The position numbers and the translations under genes were made by a program. The notes beneath the pieces were generated by a model, which saw only the letters and a program-made list of their open reading frames with translations, did not search any database and was not told the DNA's origin. A stretch of 60,963 nt of DNA from a bacterium (GTDB lineage Bacteria > Krumholzibacteriota > Krumholzibacteriia > G020349025), in contig JANLSU010000130.1 in the NCBI GenBank assembly GCA_031362565.1, positions 1-60,963 of the forward strand, given 5' to 3'. Positions within the stretch are counted from its first letter, which is position 1, and every line of letters starts with the position of its first letter. Below, piece after piece: positions 10,402 to 18,388 of this stretch.

Positions 10402-11583
10402 TCACCGCAGGCGCACGACTTTGGCGGTGCGGGTCTTGGCGTCGGCTGTCAGCACCAGGAAATAGACTCCTGCAGCGACCGGCGCCCCGGCGTCGGATCG
10501 GCCGTCCCAGACCACCGGATGGAGTCCAGCGTCCATGCGGTGCTGGCGCAGGATGGTGCGGATGCGGCGGCCCGCGATGTCGACGACATGCAATGAAACG
10601 CCGCCGCGGCTCTTCATCCCGAACTCGACCTGCGTCATCCCGGTGAACGGGTTCGGATCGGCGCCGAGGTCTCCCGTCTCGGACGCCGGTCGTGACCCGG
10701 CGCCCGTGGGGACCGGCTTCGGGTGCGAGAGCAAGAACCCAATGACGAGCGGTCCGAAGCTCGAAGACAGAGCCGGGATGTGCGTGCCGTTTTGCACCGT
10801 CCACAGTTCCGCCGAGCCCGCCGCCGCACATCCGTTCGCATAACGCGCCACGGTCGTTTCCGCACCCGGCAAGTTCGTGTCGAGATCGAGCGGTGGCAGA
10901 TTGGTTTCCGGGATCGAGGTGCAGCCGGCGAACGCGGCCCGTTGTTGCGCCGTCGCCACCGCGCCGGGGTACGCCACCTGGTTGATGGCCCCACCGCCGT
11001 ACAGAATGGTCGCGTCGCTGGTGCCGTGAATCTCGAGCACGTGCACCGGCGCAGCCGATGCACACTGGTTCGCCTGCAAGTACGTCGCACCAGCCAAGCT
11101 CGCAATTGCCGCAATCGTTTCCGGGTGATCGCAGGCCATGCGATACGCCATGAAGCCGCCGTTCGAATGCCCGACGATGCAGACCCGCAACGCGTCGACC
11201 GTCAGTTGCCCGGCAATGGCATGAATGAGCGCCAAGAGGTAGCCGGAATCGTCGACCCCTTGCTGGAAGAGATCGCAACATGCGTCCGTCGCATTCCAGT
11301 AGCGGCTGCCGGCGGGGTTCATGGTCCCGTCCGGATGCGCGTAGAAGAATCCGAACTGCTGGGCGAGCGGCGCCAGCTGCATGTAGCTCTCTTGAATCGC
11401 GCCGCTGGCGTTGTATCCATGCAGGAGCAGCACGAGCGGCATCGGAACGCCCGGCCTGTACGACGAGGGCACCGTGACCGCCACGGGTCCGCGTCCCGCG
11501 TTGACGATGATCTCGCTCGCAACGGCAACGCCGTGCAACGATGCTCCGGCGATGGCCAACGCGATCAGCGGGTGTGCCTTCAT
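10402..11583 (-). CDS. Secreted LpqC/PHB-depolymerase-family esterase with C-terminal FlgD-Ig-like domain
   Basis: Signal peptide; LLHGY, WNATDACC, GHSNGG nucleophile motif, HGTSD; tail PNPF..VVWDGRSDAGAPVAAGVYF. TAATG coupling to the upstream gene. Confidence 0.85.
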   Translation of the reverse strand: MKAHPLIALAIAGASLHGVAVASEIIVNAGRGPVAVTVPSSYRPGVPMPLVLLLHGYNASGAIQESYMQLAPLAQQFGFFYAHPDGTMNPAGSRYWNATDACCDLFQQGVDDSGYLLALIHAIAGQLTVDALRVCIVGHSNGGFMAYRMACDHPETIAAIASLAGATYLQANQCASAAPVHVLEIHGTSDATILYGGGAINQVAYPGAVATAQQRAAFAGCTSIPETNLPPLDLDTNLPGAETTVARYANGCAAAGSAELWTVQNGTHIPALSSSFGPLVIGFLLSHPKPVPTGAGSRPASETGDLGADPNPFTGMTQVEFGMKSRGGVSLHVVDIAGRRIRTILRQHRMDAGLHPVVWDGRSDAGAPVAAGVYFLVLTADAKTRTAKVVRLR

Positions 11584-13205
11584 TACGCCACGCGCCGGCG
11601 CGCCAGCAACGCCGCGAGCGCCGGGTCCGCCGCGAGACCGCGCGTTTGGCCTTCGGCGTTCGCGAGGCTCGCGAGCCACGACACGACGTCGGCGATGCCG
11701 CCACCGCCTTCGGCCGGCAAACGAAACCACGCTGGGATAGGCGGTGTCCACTTCGCCGCTGCCATCAACCATGGTTTGCAGACGCCGAGTGCGACTGCGT
11801 AACCAGCCTGATGCTGGAACCAGTTTGGATCGCCGGGCGGCTTCTCGGCGCCCGCCAGCTTGCGCAAGAATTCGCGATACCCGGCCCAAGCAGCAGCGCT
11901 CTGCCGCCCATGCGTTGAATGCCGCGGGATGTTGTTCGCGAGCGCGAATGCAACCAATGCGACTCCAAGCGCGCCCAGCGGCAGAATCAGCGCACCCTCG
12001 CCGGCCCTAGGCCACACGAATGGTGCGGCTGCCGCAAGCGCCACGGTTGCCGCGCACCACACGCCTGCCGTGGCGCGCAAGCGCGTGCGTGCTTCGTCGG
12101 CGTGCGGGTCGTAGAGCCCGCTCTGACGCAAATGCATTCGGACCGCGGCTTCGAACGCCGCCTTCTGGCGCGACAAGGGTGTCCACAACCGGGACGCCGG
12201 CACGACGCGTTCGTCGGCCTGCGGGAACACCGTTTCCAGCACCACGCGCTCCCACGCTGCGAGTCCGGCCGCCAAAGAGGTGCGGCGCAGATTCCAAGCT
12301 CCCGATGCGCGCCCGCGTTGGCCGGGCCGCGCTTCGATCACCACGTAGCCGCGCTGGGCGAGATCCACGAGTGTTGCCACCATGTCGTTCCACTGCGAGC
12401 TACCGCGCCAAATTGCACCTGCGAGCGCCGGTGGAAGATTCGCCGGCGGATGCGCCGCGTCACGCATGGGGTCGATGCGCAACGACGCCACTCCCGCCTC
12501 GCGCGCCTGCGCGATGACCAAACCGAGCCCCAGGAGAAAGACGGCCGCGGTGCAGAGGGCGATCGTCCCCCAATGCTGCCGCCGCTCATCCCGCACCGCT
12601 TGCCAGGCGGGAATCGGCAGTGGGTCCGGGCTCGAGAATCGCGCCCGCACCAGCGGTTTGGCTTCGTCACTCAGCCTGCGGCGTTCGAAGGTGGCGCTGT
12701 CCGCCGTTCGCGTCACCCGCCCGTCGCGGGCCCGCAACTCGCGGGCGTTCCATCGTGGCGGCCAATGCAGGACAGCCGTGGCGTTTTCAACCTGGTACTT
12801 GCGATTCCGTGGCACGAGCGGCCAATCGAGCCGGAGCTCAGCGCCGCGCACCTCCACTGCCCCCCGCGCCACATACTCGAGAACAATGGTCCGCGTCGTG
12901 TCACGCAGCGGCTCGAAGGTCCAGCGCAACGGTGCATTGCGACCGGTCCCTACGAACGCATACGGGGCGTTCGAGCGGATCATCTCGATTCCGTCGACAT
13001 CGCGCCGCGGCACGGAGCGGGTGACGGAAGTGAACGGCCCACCGCGGAAACGAAAGCGCAGCGTTTCGGTGACGCGCACCGAGCCGTCGGATTGGACCTG
13101 GATGTCGGAGTGGAACGACTCGGCAACCAGCCGCTTCGCCCAGGCCGGCGAAGCAGCCAACAGACAGCACACAACAGCCCAAAGCCCCACCGTCTGGCGG
13201 TTCAT
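11583..13205 (-). CDS. DUF2207 family membrane protein
   Basis: DIQVQSDGSVRVTETL, PPANLPPALAG, ATLVDLAQRGYV and YAVALGV motifs; GGAGG RBS. Confidence 0.8.
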   Translation of the reverse strand: MNRQTVGLWAVVCCLLAASPAWAKRLVAESFHSDIQVQSDGSVRVTETLRFRFRGGPFTSVTRSVPRRDVDGIEMIRSNAPYAFVGTGRNAPLRWTFEPLRDTTRTIVLEYVARGAVEVRGAELRLDWPLVPRNRKYQVENATAVLHWPPRWNARELRARDGRVTRTADSATFERRRLSDEAKPLVRARFSSPDPLPIPAWQAVRDERRQHWGTIALCTAAVFLLGLGLVIAQAREAGVASLRIDPMRDAAHPPANLPPALAGAIWRGSSQWNDMVATLVDLAQRGYVVIEARPGQRGRASGAWNLRRTSLAAGLAAWERVVLETVFPQADERVVPASRLWTPLSRQKAAFEAAVRMHLRQSGLYDPHADEARTRLRATAGVWCAATVALAAAAPFVWPRAGEGALILPLGALGVALVAFALANNIPRHSTHGRQSAAAWAGYREFLRKLAGAEKPPGDPNWFQHQAGYAVALGVCKPWLMAAAKWTPPIPAWFRLPAEGGGGIADVVSWLASLANAEGQTRGLAADPALAALLARRRVA

Positions 13206-13240
13206 CAAGACCTCCCGGGGGAGCCGAGGGATGTACGTCT

Positions 13241-13267
13241 CTACGGCCGGCGGGCAGAAAGAGTTGC
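13241..13267 (-). promoter_or_regulatory. Putative ECF-type promoter for the DUF2207 gene (GCAAC-N17-CGTAG)
   Basis: AAC/CGT bipartite pattern typical of ECF sigma promoters, about 35 nt upstream of the start codon. Confidence 0.35.
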
Positions 13268-13894
13268 TCGGCCGGTCCGCTTCTGGACGGTACCACTACC
13301 GGCCGACGTTCGGCATGCCTCTTCCAGACCCTGCAAGACGCCCCTCCAGGCGCGGTCGAAGAACGCGTAGGAGGCATCCCAAAGGTCGCCGTGGCGGAAC
13401 CCATAGTGATGCAGTGTGACCCGGGTACGGCCACCCGGCAGCGATTGCAACCGCACTTCGACCCAGGTCGGAAGCGGGCGCTCGTTGCGTAGGGCAGGCG
13501 GCGCGACGGGTGGCGCATTGTTGCCGAGCGTCGAGTCGCCGGCAAAGGTGATCCACTCGAACACCAAGCGCCGGTTCGGCACGAGCCGCAGCATGCGCGC
13601 CCCGGTCGTGCCGTGCGAGAGACCCTGCGGGTCACGGTCGGGAACGAAGAGAATCTCGTAGCGTCCGCCGGGCCATGGCTCGATGTGCGCATCGGGCGCG
13701 AAGAAGCGCTTCACGCCATCCTCGGTGGTCCACAGCCGGTAGACCTCGTGCGGAGTCGCCTCGACCGTCGTTTCGCACCCGACGGTGCGATCGGTCTCGA
13801 CCTTGCCCGACATGAGGGACGTCGCATTGCCCGCGACCGGCACCAGCAGGGCAGCGGCCGTCAAGAGATGCAGAAACGAGACTGAATGGCGCAT
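13241..13894 (-). CDS. SRPBCC/AHSA1-like domain protein with signal peptide
   Basis: VEATPHEVYRLWTTEDG..FFAP, PNRRLVFEW, TRVTLHHYG; hydrophobic N-terminus. Confidence 0.8.
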   Translation of the reverse strand: MRHSVSFLHLLTAAALLVPVAGNATSLMSGKVETDRTVGCETTVEATPHEVYRLWTTEDGVKRFFAPDAHIEPWPGGRYEILFVPDRDPQGLSHGTTGARMLRLVPNRRLVFEWITFAGDSTLGNNAPPVAPPALRNERPLPTWVEVRLQSLPGGRTRVTLHHYGFRHGDLWDASYAFFDRAWRGVLQGLEEACRTSAGSGTVQKRTGRATLSARRP

Positions 13895-13965
13895 GGTGAG
13901 ACCTCACCTTTCGTTGTGGCACGTTGGCCTCGCGACCCCGCGGCCCCGCGGTCTGGCGCGCGCCC

Positions 13966-14001
13966 CCACCGCTCCATTCCACGCCGGGCCGACTTCCTTT
14001 A
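13966..14001 (-). promoter_or_regulatory. Copy 1 of shared motif TAAAGGAA-N10-CGTGGAA-NN-GAG-NN-GTGG (candidate ECF promoter)
   Basis: 26/36 identical to 15820-15855; points toward the SRPBCC gene. Confidence 0.6.
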
Positions 14002-14053
14002 CCGGCCACCGCCGCGGTGGTGCGCCGGCACTCCGGTCCGCTAGACTCTTGGG

Positions 14054-14809
14054 ATGACGGAAGACACGACGATCGGCGGTGCGGGCGGGCGCTTTCCAGC
14101 CACCCGGCAGTCGCTCGTCGTCGCTATCCGCAGCGCCTCGCCCGAACTCCGCCGCCAAAGCTTCGATGCGCTGGTCACGAGCTACTGGAAGCCGGTCTAC
14201 AAGTACTTGCGATTGCGGTGGCGGATCTCCAACGAAGACGCCAAGGACCTGACACAGGGATTCTTCCTGCACGCCTTCGAGAAGAGTTTTCTCGAACGCT
14301 TCGATCCGACGCGGGCGCGCTTTCGCACCTGGCTGCGCGTCGGTCTCGACGGTTACGTCGCGAACGAACACAAGGCCGCGGGCCGTGTGAAGCGCGGCGG
14401 CGGGGCCGAGTTCCTGCAACTCGACTATGCGGGTGTCGAGTCCGAGATCGTCACCACGGCGCTCACCGACAGCGCCGATCCCGAGGCCTGGTTCCGGCGC
14501 GAATGGGTGCGCGATCTCTTCGAGCGCGCGCTGGCCGAATTGCGCGGCGAGTGCGAAGCACTCGGAAAACAAACCGCGCTTGCGGTGTTCGAGCGCTACG
14601 ATCTCAATGAATCGCCCGGCGATCGGCCGCCGAGTTATGCGGACCTGGCCGTCGAATTCGGTGTACCGGCGACGCAAATCACCAACTATCTCGCCTGGGC
14701 GCGCCGGGAGTTCCGGCGCCTCGTGCTCCTGCGCCTGCGCGAAGCAACCGCCAGCGACGCCGAATTTCGCGCCGAGGCGCGCGAAGTGCTAGGCGTGGAT
14801 CCACTATGA
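14054..14809 (+). CDS. ECF RNA polymerase sigma factor, Ser/Thr-kinase-associated type
   Basis: FPATRQSLV N-terminus, YWKPVYKY, DAKDLTQGFF, RFRTWL, KRGGG, region-4 HTH SYADLAVEFG; ATGA overlap with the kinase. Confidence 0.85.
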   Translation: MTEDTTIGGAGGRFPATRQSLVVAIRSASPELRRQSFDALVTSYWKPVYKYLRLRWRISNEDAKDLTQGFFLHAFEKSFLERFDPTRARFRTWLRVGLDGYVANEHKAAGRVKRGGGAEFLQLDYAGVESEIVTTALTDSADPEAWFRREWVRDLFERALAELRGECEALGKQTALAVFERYDLNESPGDRPPSYADLAVEFGVPATQITNYLAWARREFRRLVLLRLREATASDAEFRAEAREVLGVDPL

Positions 14810-15810
14810 GCCCAATCTCCGATGCGGGCCTCGAGCGGCTCCGGCGTGCCGCCGATGCGCCGGACTTCAGCGGCACGCGCTACGAACTCCTCGAGCCGCT
14901 CGGACGCGGCGGCATGGGCGCCGTCTACCTGGCGCGCGACCGTGAACTCGGCCGTGAGTTGGCGCTCAAAGTGCTCGGCGATCCGGACCCGGCGCCGGCC
15001 GCGGTGGATCGCTTGCTGGCGGAAGCGCGCATCATTGCGCGCCTCGAACATCCGGGCATCGTGCCGGTGCACGACGCCGGGCGGTTGCCCGACGGGCGCG
15101 TGTACTACGCCATGAAACGCGTCTCGGGCACGCGTCTCGACGCACTCGTTCGCCAGGGTCCGCCGCTCGTCGAGCGGCTGCGGTTGTTCGAACGCGTCTG
15201 CGAGACCGTGGCATTCGCGCATGCAAGCGGCGTCATTCACCGCGATCTCAAGCCGGAGAATGTCATGGTCGGCGCATTTGGCGAGGTCTTGGTCATGGAT
15301 TGGGGGCTCGCCAAATTGCAGGCCGAAGAAGTGCCGGCCCCGCTCGGAGGAGTGCCCGCCGGATCGACCGCGACACAAGAGGGCACTGTGCAAGGCACGC
15401 CGGGTTATATGTCGCCCGAGCAGGCGCGCGGCGAGATCGGCGCGATCGACGCGCGCAGCGACGTGTTCGCGCTCGGCGCGTTGCTGCACTTCCTCTTGAC
15501 CGGTACGCCGCCCGCGAGCGCGCCGAGCGGCCATGGGCTCGCACCCACCCGGCCCGATCCCGCGGTGCCGGCCGCCCTCGCGGCCGCATGCCGGCATGCG
15601 ATGGCCTTGGATCCAGCCCAGCGCTATGCGAGTGCTACGGAGTTCGGAGCGGAGATTCAGCGCTATTTGAGCGGCGCCGCCGTCCATGCCTACCGCGAGA
15701 ATGCGCTCCAGCGCTTGGCGCGCCTTGGCCGCCGCTATCGAACGCCAATTGCACTCGTCGGCGCCTACTTGTTGATGCGCCTGCTGCTCGTGCTCTTTGC
15801 GCGGCGGTAG
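14806..15810 (+). CDS. Hanks-type Ser/Thr protein kinase with single C-terminal TM
   Basis: GRGGMGAV, ALK, HRDLKPEN, DWG, GTPGYMSPEQ. Confidence 0.92.
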   Translation: MSPISDAGLERLRRAADAPDFSGTRYELLEPLGRGGMGAVYLARDRELGRELALKVLGDPDPAPAAVDRLLAEARIIARLEHPGIVPVHDAGRLPDGRVYYAMKRVSGTRLDALVRQGPPLVERLRLFERVCETVAFAHASGVIHRDLKPENVMVGAFGEVLVMDWGLAKLQAEEVPAPLGGVPAGSTATQEGTVQGTPGYMSPEQARGEIGAIDARSDVFALGALLHFLLTGTPPASAPSGHGLAPTRPDPAVPAALAAACRHAMALDPAQRYASATEFGAEIQRYLSGAAVHAYRENALQRLARLGRRYRTPIALVGAYLLMRLLLVLFARR

Positions 15811-15819
15811 GCGCGGTCT

Positions 15820-15855
15820 TAAAGGAAACCTGCCGAACGTGGAAAAGAGGAGTGG
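15820..15855 (+). promoter_or_regulatory. Copy 2 of shared motif TAAAGGAA-N10-CGTGGAA-NN-GAG-NN-GTGG
   Basis: Ends 37 nt before the ATG at 15893; matches 13966-14001 on the minus strand. Confidence 0.6.
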
Positions 15856-15892
15856 CCGCCTGCCCCGTTCAACCTTTCGAGAGGAGTTCGCC

Positions 15893-16261
15893 ATGAACAA
15901 GCCGCTGTTGGGAGTGCTACTCGGTGGAGTGCTGGGGATCATCGACGGGCTGAGCGCTCTCCTGTCCGCGCCCGAGGTCGCGCCGCAGATCACGACCATC
16001 GTGATTGGCTCGACCGTGAAGGGGCTGATTGCCGGCTGGTTGATCGGGGTGTTCGCGCGCAAGGTGCACTCGCTGCCGCGCGGCATCGTCTTTGGGCTCG
16101 GCGTCGGGCTCGTGCTCGCTTTCGCCGTTGCCGCGATGCCGGACGCGTCGGGCAAGCACTACTACTGGCAGATCATGCTGCCCGGCAGCGTGCTTGGCAT
16201 CATCGTCGGCTACGCCACGCAACGCTTCGGCTCGCAACCCGCGCCGGCTCGGGAGCGGTGA
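15893..16261 (+). CDS. Small ~4-TM hypothetical membrane protein
   Basis: GAGGAG RBS; Gly-rich hydrophobic helices. Confidence 0.75.
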   Translation: MNKPLLGVLLGGVLGIIDGLSALLSAPEVAPQITTIVIGSTVKGLIAGWLIGVFARKVHSLPRGIVFGLGVGLVLAFAVAAMPDASGKHYYWQIMLPGSVLGIIVGYATQRFGSQPAPARER

Positions 16262-16307
16262 CGGAAGGCCTGCGAGTGAGTGCGCCGGCGACGGCGGCCG
16301 CTCACAG

Positions 16308-16532
16308 TCACTTCTCCTTGCGAATCGTCCCGACTACCTCGGCGCAGACGGGTACGCCGGCTATTGTTTTGGGCAGGCGTACGCCGCGCGGCAGTGCGGC
16401 GCGCAAGTTGACCTTGAGTGCGTAGTCGTCGCCGACCATCGTAAGACCGATCCCGACGACGCCCGGGACGTGGGCGAGTTTGGTCTTCGCGGTGGTCTTT
16501 GCGGCGCGCGCCTGCTCGATGGTGACCGGCAT
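16308..16532 (-). CDS. 74-aa protein resembling a stand-alone Nal1-type protease N-terminal (pro)domain
   Basis: PGVVGIGL..ALKV..LPKTIAGVPV..EVVGTIR; starts 4 nt after the protease stop. Confidence 0.65.
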   Translation of the reverse strand: MPVTIEQARAAKTTAKTKLAHVPGVVGIGLTMVGDDYALKVNLRAALPRGVRLPKTIAGVPVCAEVVGTIRKEK

Positions 16533-16536
16533 GCGT

Positions 16537-17541
16537 TCAGTATACCAGCTTGACCTTCAGCGCAGAGAAGACCGCTTGGATCGGGTTCCCGTAGGTCAGA
16601 CCCTTGCCGTTCTTGCCGCCGTGGTCGCCGCCCGCGAAGAGCAGCGCCGCCGCCTTGAGGTCGGCGTCGACAATGAGCGAGCCGCTGTCACCCGCGTCGC
16701 TGAACGACTTCGTTCCGGATCCCTCGATCTCGACCTGGTTGTCGAACGACACGACGCCGATGTCGTACTCGACGTCGACGCCATCTAATTCCACGGCGGT
16801 CACTCGACCGTGGCGGAGGCCTGTCGTACGTCCCAGCTTGTGGACCACGTCGTGAATCCCGAGATCGTGCGCCGCGACGCCGGCGAGCTTCCCAAGACCC
16901 TTGAGGGTCGAAGTGTTCGCAGTGATGCCGGTATTCAGTTTGGCGATGGCGCAATCGACCAGGTTGGTTCCGGCGAGGTTGAGCTTTACGAATGCCGAGA
17001 GTTTGGCGGCGCGGTCGGCCGTCGGACTGCCGCCATCCAGAGCACCAGGCTGGACGATTGGCTTGCCGATCCCGTAGCGATTCTCGTCCGCCAGCACGTG
17101 GTTGTTCGAAAGAATGTAGAGCGCCGGTGAACTCGCCTTGCGTACGAAGCACCCGAGTGTTCCGGCCATGATGTAGCCGGATGCCAGGTACCCAGTCGAC
17201 GAGCCGATCAAGAGCGGCCGGTTCTTCGAGCGGTACCACACCGCTCGCGCCCGGATCCGTCCGACGTAGCGCACGTCGACTTCGCCCTTGGCACGGGCCG
17301 TGATCTCGTCGACGAGGGCACTTCTTTGGAGCGCCCGGTCTTGCAAGCGGACCGCCAATCGATACTCGTTCTTGCCCTTTGCCGACACACCGAGGAAGTA
17401 GCTCGGTGCGACGCGTTGGCGCGATGCCGCATTTGCCACGGCGGTACTCGCCGACGCACGCACCGTTGCCCGCGCCGAGAACGCCCGTTCCAAATGCGCG
17501 GGCAACGACTGCTTGAGTTCACGGACGGAGTTGAGACGCAT
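16537..17541 (-). CDS. Nal1-like trypsin-fold serine protease
   Basis: GTLGCFV, LSNNHVL (His), VDCAIA (Asp), KLGRTTG, GDSGS (Ser); GGAGG RBS; no signal peptide. Confidence 0.85.
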   Translation of the reverse strand: MRLNSVRELKQSLPAHLERAFSARATVRASASTAVANAASRQRVAPSYFLGVSAKGKNEYRLAVRLQDRALQRSALVDEITARAKGEVDVRYVGRIRARAVWYRSKNRPLLIGSSTGYLASGYIMAGTLGCFVRKASSPALYILSNNHVLADENRYGIGKPIVQPGALDGGSPTADRAAKLSAFVKLNLAGTNLVDCAIAKLNTGITANTSTLKGLGKLAGVAAHDLGIHDVVHKLGRTTGLRHGRVTAVELDGVDVEYDIGVVSFDNQVEIEGSGTKSFSDAGDSGSLIVDADLKAAALLFAGGDHGGKNGKGLTYGNPIQAVFSALKVKLVY

Positions 17542-17827
17542 GGATCCTCCAATGGACGCGGTGAGCGTCCGTTCAGCCCAGCCACCAACAATTACGTGTT
17601 TCATGGGCGCGCGAACTCTGCCGGGAGTGCGTAGAATTCGCGATGCCAATCCAACCAAGGGGACTCTAACGTTTCGCCGTTCCACAATTCAACAAGCACG
17701 GCAGGAAAATCGCGCCACCGCAAGTCAGCGTAAGAAGAGCTACCTACAGCGCGCAAGGCGAGTTCGTTCGTGAAGGGTCTATTCACCGGCTGATCGTGCT
17801 GTGGCGGTGCGATTCTTGCCGGCGCCT

Positions 17828-18367
17828 TCAGCCCGGATGCGGCGGGCGAAAGTCCGTCGGCGCTTCGAAGCCGTGAACGCGGGCAACATACTCGGAGAGC
17901 GCATCGAACGTACTCGGGAAGGCGAGTTCACTCCAGGGCAGTTGGCTCGGCGTGAAGGTGCCGCACTCGAGGGCTTCGTCGGCAGCCGCGAACACGCCGC
18001 CCAGCACTTCGGCCGTGAAGACGACGACGGCGACTGGCCGGCCGGGATACGAATAGATGTTGAGCAAACCCGTGATACGGACTTCGAGGCAAGATTCCTC
18101 GAGCGTCTCGCGCCGCGCCGCATCTTCGACCCGTTCGCCGCGATCGACGTAGCCGCCCGGGAACACCCATTTGCCGTAGCCGGGTTCGATGGAGCGCCTG
18201 ACCAGCGCAATGCCGCCGTCGACTTCGACGATGCACCCGGCAGCCAGCTTGGGTTGCTCGAAATGGATGTAGTCACACGCCAGGCAGGCACGCCGCTCAG
18301 GCTCGCCGGCCTTGACGACGCGCGACGCGAGATGGGCACCGCACTGTGGACAGTAGCGGAACGGCAT
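17828..18367 (-). CDS. NUDIX hydrolase with N-terminal zinc ribbon
   Basis: CPQC..CLAC; Nudix box GGYVDRGERVEDAARRETLEE. Confidence 0.9.
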   Translation of the reverse strand: MPFRYCPQCGAHLASRVVKAGEPERRACLACDYIHFEQPKLAAGCIVEVDGGIALVRRSIEPGYGKWVFPGGYVDRGERVEDAARRETLEESCLEVRITGLLNIYSYPGRPVAVVVFTAEVLGGVFAAADEALECGTFTPSQLPWSELAFPSTFDALSEYVARVHGFEAPTDFRPPHPG

Positions 18368-18388
18368 GACTCCTGCTCGATGTGCGCG

